A stretch of DNA of 64,000 nucleotides from Angelakisella sp. (GTDB lineage Bacteria; Bacillota; Clostridia; Oscillospirales; Ruminococcaceae). Position 1 is the first letter of the stretch. Each line of letters starts with the position of its first letter. This document shows positions 20,576-28,373 of the stretch, in pieces. The translations under genes and the position numbers were made by a program. The notes under the pieces were generated by a model, which saw only the letters and a list, made by a program, of their open reading frames with translations, did not search any database and had not been told where the DNA came from. Where the stretch lies: contig JAHHSN010000004.1 in assembly GCA_020025195.1 (NCBI GenBank), forward strand, positions 21,182-85,181, given 5' to 3'.

Positions 20576-21064
20576 ATGACTATGTTCTACATTATTTCCG
20601 GTTTGATCGGCGTACTGCTGGTTGCCGCCGATCAGCTCAGCAAGGTCTGGGCGGTTCGGTTTCTGGAGCCGGTCGGGACCATGTCCGGCGTCCCCGGCCT
20701 TTTCAATTTCACCTTTCTGGAAAACGGCAACACCGGCGGCGCCTGGGGCATCTTCTCTGGGCGGCAGGGGATGCTGATCCTCCTTTCCGCCGTCCTTATG
20801 CTGGTGATCCTTTACCTGATTATCTCGAAAAAAATCACCAATCATATGGCTGTCGTTTCGCTCGTTCTCGTTCTGGCGGGCGGCATCGGGAACCTCATTG
20901 ACCGACTGCGGCAGGGATTTGTGGTGGATTTCATCCAGTTCGATTTCTGGAAGTCCTTCCCGATCTTTAATGTCGCGGATATCTGCGTTACCATCGGGAT
21001 CATCCTGTTCTGCGTCTATATTCTCTTTATAGACGGCAAGGAGAAAAAGGAGAAAGCGGCGTGA
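20576..21064 (+). CDS. lspA: lipoprotein signal peptidase II
   Basis: There are four TM helices. Motifs NTGGAWG and FNVADI are present. Confidence 0.9.
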   Translation: MTMFYIISGLIGVLLVAADQLSKVWAVRFLEPVGTMSGVPGLFNFTFLENGNTGGAWGIFSGRQGMLILLSAVLMLVILYLIISKKITNHMAVVSLVLVLAGGIGNLIDRLRQGFVVDFIQFDFWKSFPIFNVADICVTIGIILFCVYILFIDGKEKKEKAA

Positions 21065-21981
21065 AAGAGCTTTGTCTCACAGTGGATGCGGCCTCGGCGG
21101 GGCTTCGCCTTGATAAGGGGCTTTCTCTCCTTGCGCCCGAGCTTTCCCGCTCGGCGGCACAGAATCTGATTGAGGAGGGGCAGGTGCTCCATAACGACGC
21201 CCCCGCGGGGAAAAAGACCGTCCTGCGGGAGGGCGATATCCTGAAAGTACTCCTGCCCGATCCGGTTCCCACCCGCGCCGAGCCGGAAAATATCCCGCTT
21301 GATATCGTTTATGAAGACGATGACCTTTTGGTGGTGAATAAGCCTAAGGGCATGGTGGTGCATCCCGCAGCGGGGAACTACACCGGTACACTGGTGAACG
21401 CCCTCCTTTATCACTGCGGGGACAGCCTTTCCGGCATCAACGGAGAGATTCGTCCCGGCATCGTCCATCGCATTGATAAGGATACAAGCGGGCTGCTTAT
21501 TGTCGCCAAAAATGACTTTTCGCATAAAGCGCTCGCCGAGCAGATCAAGGAGCACAGCTTCACAAGGGAATATGAGGCGGTGGTGGTCGGGCACTTTAAG
21601 GAACGGGAGTTCACGGTGGACGCGCCCATCGGGAGGCACCGTACCGACCGTAAAAAGATGTGCGTCACCGATTATAATTCCCGCAGCGCCGTGACCCATG
21701 TGACGGTGCTGGAGGAGTTCCCCGGCTTCAGCTATGTGCGCTGCCGTCTGGAAACCGGCCGGACGCACCAGATCCGTGTCCATCTTTCCTACCTCGGTCA
21801 CCCATTGGTGGGAGATATGGTTTATGGGCACGATAAGCGGGATTATCATACCGCGGGGCAGTGTCTCCACGCCCGAAAGATCGGCTTTATCCACCCAAGA
21901 AGCGGGGAATATATGGAGTTCACCTCCCCATTACCGGATTATTTTGCGGCTTTGCTGCTTAATATTACACCCAAAGTTTAA
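21061..21981 (+). CDS. rluD: 23S rRNA pseudouridine synthase RluD-type
   Basis: An S4 domain, HRIDKDTSGLLIVAK and GRTHQIRVH are present. The gene lies in the conserved lspA-rluD pair. Confidence 0.9.
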   Translation: MKELCLTVDAASAGLRLDKGLSLLAPELSRSAAQNLIEEGQVLHNDAPAGKKTVLREGDILKVLLPDPVPTRAEPENIPLDIVYEDDDLLVVNKPKGMVVHPAAGNYTGTLVNALLYHCGDSLSGINGEIRPGIVHRIDKDTSGLLIVAKNDFSHKALAEQIKEHSFTREYEAVVVGHFKEREFTVDAPIGRHRTDRKKMCVTDYNSRSAVTHVTVLEEFPGFSYVRCRLETGRTHQIRVHLSYLGHPLVGDMVYGHDKRDYHTAGQCLHARKIGFIHPRSGEYMEFTSPLPDYFAALLLNITPKV

Positions 21982-22005
21982 TTTCTTTATACTATGGAGG
22001 CTGTT

Positions 22006-22830
22006 ATGACACAGGACAAACTGCAAACATTAAAAGAAACGGCCCGTGAGATTCGGCGCGGTATTCTGACGGAGGTCCATGCCGCGAAATCCGGTCACCC
22101 GGGCGGTTCACTCTCCATCGCGGACATCGTGACCTATCTTTATAAGGAGGTCATGAAGGTTGATCCCAAGAACCCCAAGTGGGAGGACCGCGACCGTCTG
22201 GTGCTTTCCAAGGGCCACACCTGTCCCGCCGTTTATGCTATGCTGGCGGAGCTTGGCTTTTTCCCGAAGGCGGAGCTTGAGACCTTCCGGCATATCGGCT
22301 CCCGTCTGCAGGGCCACCCCGATATGAAACACATCCCCGGCATCGACTTCTCCACCGGCTCCCTCGGACAGGGCGTTTCCGCTGCAGCGGGCATTGCGCT
22401 GGCGGGCAAGACTGCGGGGAAGGACTACCGTGTCTATGCCATCCTCGGCGATGGCGAGATCGAGGAGGGTCAGGTTTGGGAATCTGCCATGTTCTCCGCG
22501 CACTATAAGCTCGACAACCTGTGTTATATCATTGATAATAACGATCTCCAGATCGACGGCCGTGTTGGGGAAGTCTGCTCTCCCTATCCCATCGACGAGA
22601 AGTTCAGAGCCTTTGGCTTTGAGGTCTTCACCGTAGACGGTCACAGCTTTGAGGAGCTGGAGGCGGTCTTTGAGAAGGTGAAGACCGTCAAGGGCAAGCC
22701 TTCTGCCATCATCGCCAAGACCATCAAGGGCAAGGGCGTTTCCTATATGGAGGACGCTGTGGGCTGGCATGGTTCGGCTCCCAACGATGAGCAGTATGAG
22801 CAGGGTATGAAAGATCTGGAGGTGTGCTGA
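22006..22830 (+). CDS. transketolase, N-terminal (TPP pyrophosphate-binding) subunit
   Basis: SGHPGGSLS and GDGEIEEGQVWE are present. ATG 22006 follows GGAGG. Confidence 0.9.
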   Translation: MTQDKLQTLKETAREIRRGILTEVHAAKSGHPGGSLSIADIVTYLYKEVMKVDPKNPKWEDRDRLVLSKGHTCPAVYAMLAELGFFPKAELETFRHIGSRLQGHPDMKHIPGIDFSTGSLGQGVSAAAGIALAGKTAGKDYRVYAILGDGEIEEGQVWESAMFSAHYKLDNLCYIIDNNDLQIDGRVGEVCSPYPIDEKFRAFGFEVFTVDGHSFEELEAVFEKVKTVKGKPSAIIAKTIKGKGVSYMEDAVGWHGSAPNDEQYEQGMKDLEVC

Positions 22831-22831
22831 A

Positions 22832-23767
22832 ATGGCGGAAATCGTAAAAAAAGCAACTCGTGAAAGCTATGGCGACGCTCTCGTGGAGCTGGGCGCCGTT
22901 AATGATAAAATCGTCGTTTTTGACGCAGACCTCGCTGGCGCCACCAAGACTGGCAAGTTTAAGAAAGCCTATCCCGAGCGTTTCTTTGACTGCGGCATTG
23001 CCGAGGGCAATATGATGGGCGTGGCCGCGGGTATGTCCTCCTGCGGATATATCCCGTTTGTCAGCTCCTTCGCCATGTTCGCGGCGGGCCGTGCCTATGA
23101 GCAGGTCCGAAACAGCATCGGTTATCCCCATCTTAATGTTAAGATCGGCGCGACCCATGCCGGCGTTTCGGTCGGTGAGGACGGCGCCACCCATCAGTGC
23201 AACGAGGATATCGCTCTCATGCGAACCATCCCCGGCATGACCGTCATCAACCCCAGCGACGATATTGAGGCGAAGGCTGCCGTTAAGGCGGCGGCGGAGT
23301 ATGTAGGACCGGTCTATCTCCGGTTCGGCCGTCTCGCGGCGCCGGTCATCAATACCAACCCCGACTATAAGTTTGAGCTGGGCAAGGGCATCACCCTGAG
23401 AGACGGTAAGGATATTACCATTGTCGCTACCGGTATTCTGGTTGGCGAGGCGGTGAAGGCAGGGGAGCTGCTGGCCGAGGAGGGCATTGACGCCCGCATC
23501 ATCAACATCCATACCATCAAGCCCATCGACAAGGAGCTTCTCCTGAAGGCTGCCCGCGAGACCGGCAAGATCCTTACCTGCGAGGAGCATTCCGTGATCG
23601 GCGGTCTCGGTTCCGCCGTTCTGGAGGCGCTTGCGGAGGCTCCCGTTCCGGTGAGCCGCCTCGGCGTGGAGGACCGCTTCGGCTATTCCGGCCCCGGCGC
23701 CAAGATGCTGGAGGAGTTCGGCTTCACCGCGGAAAACATCGTGGCGCGCGCCAAGGCGATGCTGTAA
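22832..23767 (+). CDS. transketolase, C-terminal (pyrimidine-binding) subunit
   Basis: FDCGIAEGNMMGVAAG and GEDGATHQ are present. Confidence 0.9.
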   Translation: MAEIVKKATRESYGDALVELGAVNDKIVVFDADLAGATKTGKFKKAYPERFFDCGIAEGNMMGVAAGMSSCGYIPFVSSFAMFAAGRAYEQVRNSIGYPHLNVKIGATHAGVSVGEDGATHQCNEDIALMRTIPGMTVINPSDDIEAKAAVKAAAEYVGPVYLRFGRLAAPVINTNPDYKFELGKGITLRDGKDITIVATGILVGEAVKAGELLAEEGIDARIINIHTIKPIDKELLLKAARETGKILTCEEHSVIGGLGSAVLEALAEAPVPVSRLGVEDRFGYSGPGAKMLEEFGFTAENIVARAKAML

Positions 23768-23790
23768 TTTTTGTTCTTTATGAAAAACTT

Positions 23791-23818
23791 TGCCCGGGGA
23801 GCTTTCTCCGGGCAATTT
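23791..23818 (+). terminator. intrinsic terminator after transketolase genes
   Basis: The stem TGCCCGGGGA / TCTCCGGGCA is followed by ATTTCTT. Confidence 0.55.
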
Positions 23819-23846
23819 CTTAAAGACCGGGAAAGGGGAGAGAGGA

Positions 23847-24218
23847 ATGACGCTTAAACAATGGCAGCGCCTTCTGGAGTTTATTTTGGCGGGCGGAGTC
23901 ATCCTCTTTGCCGCTTTCTTTTTGGCGGAGTTTTGGGGCGGCGCCCCGCTGACGCTTCCGCAAAAGGAAACGCCCCTTTCGGAGCCCATCCCGGAGGACC
24001 TCAACGAATTCTTAAAGCTCAGTATGACAGACCTCAATTCCGCCACGGAGGAGGAGCTTGTCCGTCTTCCGGGCATCGGGCCCGTCCTCGCCTCCCGGAT
24101 CCTGCAGTACCGTGCCGAGAACGGCCCCTTTGAAAGCTGGGAGGAGGTCGACCGGGTGGAGGGCGTCGGTACCCGTAAGATCGAGGCAATTCAGGAGGAG
24201 GCGTTTCTGGGGCCGTGA
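23847..24218 (+). CDS. comEA: ComEA-like helix-hairpin-helix DNA-binding protein
   Basis: There is an N-terminal TM helix followed by LNSATEEELVRLPGIGPVLASRILQYRAENGPF. ATG 23847 follows GGGGAGAGAGG. Confidence 0.75.
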   Translation: MTLKQWQRLLEFILAGGVILFAAFFLAEFWGGAPLTLPQKETPLSEPIPEDLNEFLKLSMTDLNSATEEELVRLPGIGPVLASRILQYRAENGPFESWEEVDRVEGVGTRKIEAIQEEAFLGP

Positions 24219-24355
24219 GGCCAGAGACCCTATTTTGTGTTTATTTCCTTCCGTTTGTGAAAAACCTTCCACCCCTAGTGGAGAGGCTTGGAAGGGCAAA
24301 TTTTGCCGCCGAAGAAAAAAGATGAATTTTTTATCGAAAAAATCTCCAAAACCTG

Positions 24356-24384
24356 TTGACAAGCTCCCCATACTCATGTATAAT
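24356..24384 (+). promoter_or_regulatory. strong sigma-A promoter of the tRNA operon
   Basis: Consensus TTGACA, a 17-nt spacer, then TATAAT. An A/T-rich UP-like tract lies upstream. Confidence 0.65.
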
Positions 24385-24428
24385 AAACAAGTCGCCTAAG
24401 GGAGTCACTCCTCAACGGTCGATGCCAT

Positions 24429-24504
24429 GGGAGCATAGCTCAGCTGGGAGAGCATCTGCCTTACAAGCAGAGGGTCACAGGTTCGAGCCCTGTTGTTCCC
24501 ACCA
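24429..24504 (+). tRNA. tRNA-Val (anticodon UAC)
   Basis: A 76-nt cloverleaf was folded by hand. The acceptor is GGGAGCA/TGTTCCC, the anticodon loop is CTTACAA, the T-loop is GGTTCGAGCC, and CCA is encoded. Confidence 0.9.
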
Positions 24505-24506
24505 AT

Positions 24507-24583
24507 GGCCTGGTAGTTCAGCCGGTTAGAACGCTAGCCTGTCACGCTAGAGGTCGTGGGTTCGATTCCCATCCAGGTCGCCA
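24507..24583 (+). tRNA. tRNA-Asp (anticodon GUC)
   Basis: This tRNA is 77 nt long. The acceptor is GGCCTGG/CCAGGTC, the anticodon loop is CTGTCAC, the T-loop is GGTTCGATTCC, and CCA is encoded. Confidence 0.9.
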
Positions 24584-24586
24584 TAT

Positions 24587-24662
<76 letters not shown>

Positions 24663-24667
24663 TATCT

Positions 24668-24743
24668 GCGGGTTTAGCTCATCTGGTAGAGCGCCACCTT
24701 GCCAAGGTGGAGGTAGCGAGTTCGAGCCTCGTAACCCGCTCCA
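24668..24743 (+). tRNA. tRNA-Gly (anticodon GCC)
   Basis: This tRNA is 76 nt long. The acceptor is GCGGGTT/AACCCGC, the anticodon loop is TTGCCAA, the T-loop is AGTTCGAGCC, and CCA is encoded. Confidence 0.9.
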
Positions 24744-24746
24744 GCA

Positions 24747-24774
24747 AAAACGTCCTTTCACAGGACGTTTTTTG
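24747..24774 (+). terminator. intrinsic terminator of the tRNA operon
   Basis: AAAACGTCCT-TTCAC-AGGACGTTTT followed by TT. Confidence 0.75.
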
Positions 24775-24844
24775 TTATATAGAAAACCACAAGTTTTACT
24801 TGTGGTGAGCAAAAAAGCGGAAGCATCCATTCCAATAAAAAGAA

Positions 24845-24900
24845 CTCCTTTGATATAATAAGTAAGCAACACCAACTGCAAAACTTAAAAATCAAAGGAG
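24845..24900 (+). promoter_or_regulatory. stem-loop sequestering the tnpA ribosome-binding site
   Basis: CTCCTTTGAT (24845-24854) pairs perfectly with ATCAAAGGAG (24891-24900), which contains the AAGGAG Shine-Dalgarno sequence 10 nt before ATG 24911. Confidence 0.55.
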
Positions 24901-24910
24901 GTCCAGTAGA

Positions 24911-25438
24911 ATGGACGAGGGTAGCTTATCACACACAAGATGGAAGTGTCAATATCACATAGTGATCGTGCCAAAATTCAGAAGGAAAGTAGTGTACGGG
25001 AAGCTGAGAAAAGATATTGGCGAGATTTTCAGAAGACTCTGCGATTACAAGCATGTGGAAATTATAGAGGCGTATGCAATGCCAGGTCATATCTACATAC
25101 TGGTATCAATATCGCCAAGTTTGAGTGTAGCAGAGTTTATGGGATACTTAAAAGGCAAAAGTACGCGGATGATTTTCGAGAGACATACAAACTTAAAATA
25201 CAAATATGGCAGAAGGATTTTCCGGGCGAAAGGATACTATGTAAGTACAGTGGGTAGAAATAAAGCCGCAGTACAAAAATATATCCGAGATCAGGAAAAC
25301 GAAGATATGGTGGCAGACCAGTTGAGTTTTAAGGAATATGAAGATCCTAGGGTTATTATTCATACCACGTCCTTTGGGCGTGGTACTGATTGCAAGGGGG
25401 AGCGCTGTCATTATATTATGGAAGAAGCCCCCACATGA
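24911..25438 (+). CDS. tnpA: IS200/IS605-family Y1 transposase TnpA (HUH motif altered to H-I-Y)
   Basis: SLSHTRWKCQYHIVIVPKFRRK, MGYLKGKS, LKYKYG and KGYYVSTVG are collinear with Salmonella IS200 TnpA as recalled from memory. The motif region reads PGHIYILV where DHIHMLL is expected. Confidence 0.9.
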   Translation: MDEGSLSHTRWKCQYHIVIVPKFRRKVVYGKLRKDIGEIFRRLCDYKHVEIIEAYAMPGHIYILVSISPSLSVAEFMGYLKGKSTRMIFERHTNLKYKYGRRIFRAKGYYVSTVGRNKAAVQKYIRDQENEDMVADQLSFKEYEDPRVIIHTTSFGRGTDCKGERCHYIMEEAPT

Positions 25439-25549
25439 AACGCGGAAGGCAAAACCATGCGATGACGGACGGGGACTCAATAGAGAGAAGTGGCGGCCGC
25501 TGCTTTTATAGGATGCACAACCGGATTCAGAGAAACAGAAAATTACCAA

Positions 25550-25578
25550 TTGACAATTATTTTGTTGTATTGTAAAAT
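25550..25578 (+). promoter_or_regulatory. sigma-A promoter for the MATE fusion gene
   Basis: TTGACA, a 17-nt spacer, then TAAAAT. Confidence 0.55.
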
Positions 25579-25717
25579 ATATACTTTATATGAATATTTC
25601 TTATATAAATTCACAATCGGGTGAGTGTTTCTACAAACTACCGCAAATAGTTTTGCTATAAGATGGTGTATCTCAGCAAACTGTTTGGGTTTTTTTATTT
25701 ATGAGGAGGATGTATCT

Positions 25718-27715
25718 GTGGATGAGAATAAGATTTTAGGAGAGCGGCCGATACCGAAATTACTGTCTAAGTTTTCGATGCCCTGCGTAACAGGTCTTCT
25801 CATCGGTGCTTTATATAATATTGTGGATCAAATTTTCATCGGCAACAGCAGTCTGGGATATTTGGGCAATGCCGCCACCGGTATTTCGTTTCCCGTCATC
25901 TGCATCGCCAATGCGTTTGCCTGGTGCGTGGGGGATGGAGCCGCTTCTTATTTGAGCATTTGCTCCGGGCGGCAGGACAGCGAAAGCGCGCACCAATGCG
26001 TGGGAACAGGCCTTACCACCACTCTGGGAATCAGCATTGTCCTTTCCGCCGTTTGCCTTCTGTTCTGCCGGCCCCTGATGGCATTGTTCGGAGCTTCGGA
26101 TGCAACATTGAATCTGGCCTGTGACTATTTTGAAATCATTTCCTTATTTTTTCCGGCTTACCTGATGATGAATGTGATGAACAGCATGATCCGCGCCGAT
26201 GGAAGCCCTGCCTATGCCATGGCTGCCATGTGCACCGGCGCCATTCTCAATATCATTCTGGACCCAATCTGCATCTTTGTGCTGGACTGGGGGATCAAAG
26301 GCGCTGCCATTGCAACCGTTGTGGGGCAGGTCGCTTCCTTCATCATCTGTCTCATCTATTTCTTTAAGCCCAAAAGCTTTCGCCTGACCAAAAGAAGCTT
26401 TCGCATCAACACGGCCATGCTGCGCAATCTGATCGTGCTGGGCGGCTCCACCTTTATCATCCAGATTTCCGTGGTGGTGATGACCCTGCTCAGCAACATC
26501 ATGCTTGCTCAATACGGTGCCTTGTCTGTCTATGGAAGAGATATTCCCATCTCCGTTTTCAGCATCCAGACCAAGGTGTACACCATTGTGAATAACATCG
26601 CGGTGGGTATTGCGCTGGGCGGGCAGCCCATTCTGGGCTACAACTACGGCGCGCAGAAAATGGAGCGCGTGAAGCAGACCTATCGTTTGATTCTGTTCTC
26701 TTCTTTATGCGTCGGACTTGTGGCAACCGTTATCTTTGAGCTGTGTCCGGAACTGGTTATCGGTATTTTCGGAAAGCAGAACCCGCTGTATATGGACTTC
26801 GCGGTCAAGAGTTTCCGCATCTTTTTGAGCTTGAGTTTTGTCACTTGCTTCATTAAAATATCGTCGATTTTTTTCCAGTCCATCGGAAAAGCCGTGCAGG
26901 CGATGATTGCTTCCGTGATTCGAGATATGCTCTGCTTTGTTGCTTTTACTCTTTTCCTTTGCCAAACGCTGGAGGAAAAGCAGGCAGGCTCCGGCATCTT
27001 CGGCATACTGCTGGCGTCTCCTCTTTCTGACTTGGTAGCCGGTGTGGTCATTACGATCCTTACCATTTCTTTTTTCAAAAAACTAAACGCCTCCGACAAG
27101 ATCAAAGAAAAAACGGTATCCATCCATGAGACCCATCCCGGTACGGTTGTTACCATTGCCCGGCAGCACGGCTCCTGCGGAAAGCAGATCGGCGAACTGG
27201 TTGCGAAGCGGCTGAACGTCCCTTTCTACTGCAAAGAGCTGACCGCCCTTGTCGCCTGCGAAAGCGGATTAGCCCAGGAATTCATTTCCAATGATTACGA
27301 TGATTCTTCCGAGGTTCTGCATCAGATCTACCTCAGCACCCAAGTGGTGCAGCAGGGCATTATTGCACAGGAAAAGGTGCTGCAAAAAATTGCGGACGCC
27401 GGGGCCTGCGTTATTGTGGGCCGGGCAGCCAACCATGTTCTGCGCTGGTATCCCAATGTGGTGCGCGTCTTCATTTATGCCCCCGAAGAATTCCGGATCC
27501 CAAACATTGAGAAAATGTACGGGGATACCTATGAGGAAGCCCGCCAGCACATGATCCGTTCCGATGAGTCCAGAGCAAACTACTACCGGAATACGTCCGG
27601 TCTCGAATGGAAGCACATGGAAAACTATGATCTGTGTCTGGATGCGTCTGCCGGAAAAGAGGTTGTCGCGGAAACCATCGTCGATTATGTCCGCAGACGA
27701 AATGCGGCGATGTGA
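25718..27715 (+). CDS. MATE-family efflux transporter fused to a C-terminal cytidylate-kinase-like (Cytidylate_kin2-type) domain
   Basis: GTG 25718 lies 10 nt after AGGAGG. The N-terminal part (about 470 aa) has the 12-TM MATE pattern (PIPKLLSKFSMPCVTGLLIGALYNIVDQIFIG). From about 27140 the sequence reads TVVTIARQHGSCGKQIGELVAKRLNVPFYCKE...IVGRAANHVLR...RSDESRANYY, typical of cytidylate kinase-like family proteins. The reading frame is uninterrupted. Confidence 0.85.
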   Translation: MDENKILGERPIPKLLSKFSMPCVTGLLIGALYNIVDQIFIGNSSLGYLGNAATGISFPVICIANAFAWCVGDGAASYLSICSGRQDSESAHQCVGTGLTTTLGISIVLSAVCLLFCRPLMALFGASDATLNLACDYFEIISLFFPAYLMMNVMNSMIRADGSPAYAMAAMCTGAILNIILDPICIFVLDWGIKGAAIATVVGQVASFIICLIYFFKPKSFRLTKRSFRINTAMLRNLIVLGGSTFIIQISVVVMTLLSNIMLAQYGALSVYGRDIPISVFSIQTKVYTIVNNIAVGIALGGQPILGYNYGAQKMERVKQTYRLILFSSLCVGLVATVIFELCPELVIGIFGKQNPLYMDFAVKSFRIFLSLSFVTCFIKISSIFFQSIGKAVQAMIASVIRDMLCFVAFTLFLCQTLEEKQAGSGIFGILLASPLSDLVAGVVITILTISFFKKLNASDKIKEKTVSIHETHPGTVVTIARQHGSCGKQIGELVAKRLNVPFYCKELTALVACESGLAQEFISNDYDDSSEVLHQIYLSTQVVQQGIIAQEKVLQKIADAGACVIVGRAANHVLRWYPNVVRVFIYAPEEFRIPNIEKMYGDTYEEARQHMIRSDESRANYYRNTSGLEWKHMENYDLCLDASAGKEVVAETIVDYVRRRNAAM

Positions 27716-27837
27716 TCCCGTCACTTAAAAAGCGTCCTGCCCCATTCTGATTTTCGGACAGCTGCCGGGAGAGAATTTTTCCGGACGGGGGCGCGAAAGC
27801 GGGGGAGCGTCTACAAGAAAAGAAGACCCCAACCCCA

Positions 27838-27873
27838 AGCGATCAACTGTAAAAGGTTGGTCGCTTTTGCTTT
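27838..27873 (+). terminator. intrinsic terminator about 120 nt after the MATE fusion gene
   Basis: AGCGATCAAC-TGTAAAAG-GTTGGTCGCT forms 10 bp including one G-U pair, followed by TTTGCTTTG. Confidence 0.5.
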
Positions 27874-28373
27874 GCCTTGGCCGAAAGCCTGTCCTTTGTT
27901 GGCATCGGGACGAACCGAAACGGCGGCTTTCCCAGAGCGGCGAAAAGCCGCGCTGCAAAGTGATGAAAGGTTTAGGGACGATGCAGAAAAAAGGGGATCG
28001 TCTATGTGGAATCCTGCTTTCAGCCGCGGCTCCGTCCGAGGCTGCTGACCGCAACATCCCATGGAACGCCGATAGGACAAAGACTACGGTTCACTTCAGG
28101 AAAAAGCAACGGGAAATCATCTTTGGATAAGGAGGGGAGCTTCCCGGACGCCCGACGGCGGATTATCGGGGACGCTTTATTCGGAAGGGGAAAAGATATC
28201 CGGCGGCACGCAGAGAAATGATCCCCATCAAGCAGGATGACATTGGATCTACCCCACCGGATGAGCTCGAAACGAGAAAACGGCGTGACCGAAGCCACAC
28301 CGTCCACGGAAAGCGAAAAGGTTTTATACTGTATTTTACCAAAGCGGCCCCTTCCTGGGGCTTTTATCCTTCT

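Larger units (their letters stand above)
24780..25545 (+). mobile_element. IS200-type insertion sequence (IS200/IS605 family, tnpA only); ends approximate
   Basis: A Y1-transposase gene is accompanied by IS200-style 5' hairpins (24786-24806 and the RBS-occluding 24845-24900). There are no inverted repeats, as expected for this family. GC is clearly lower than in the flanks. Confidence 0.6.

Noticed and set aside
24745-27900. Direct repeat of the tRNA-Gly 3' end (att-like) marking the far edge of the islet.
   Set aside because: No copy of GTTCGAGCCTCGTAACCCGCTCCA or a substantial part of it was seen downstream, and no integrase gene is present.
27874-28366. RNase P RNA, tmRNA or SRP RNA in the long gaps (also 37739..38269).
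   Set aside because: I looked on both strands for GAGGAAAGTCC and ACAGAA...GGCTTA (RNase P). I also looked for a tRNA-like end (GGTTCGA...CCACCA) with an ...ALAA tag frame (tmRNA), and for GGTCCGGAAGGAAGCAGC (SRP). None is present.
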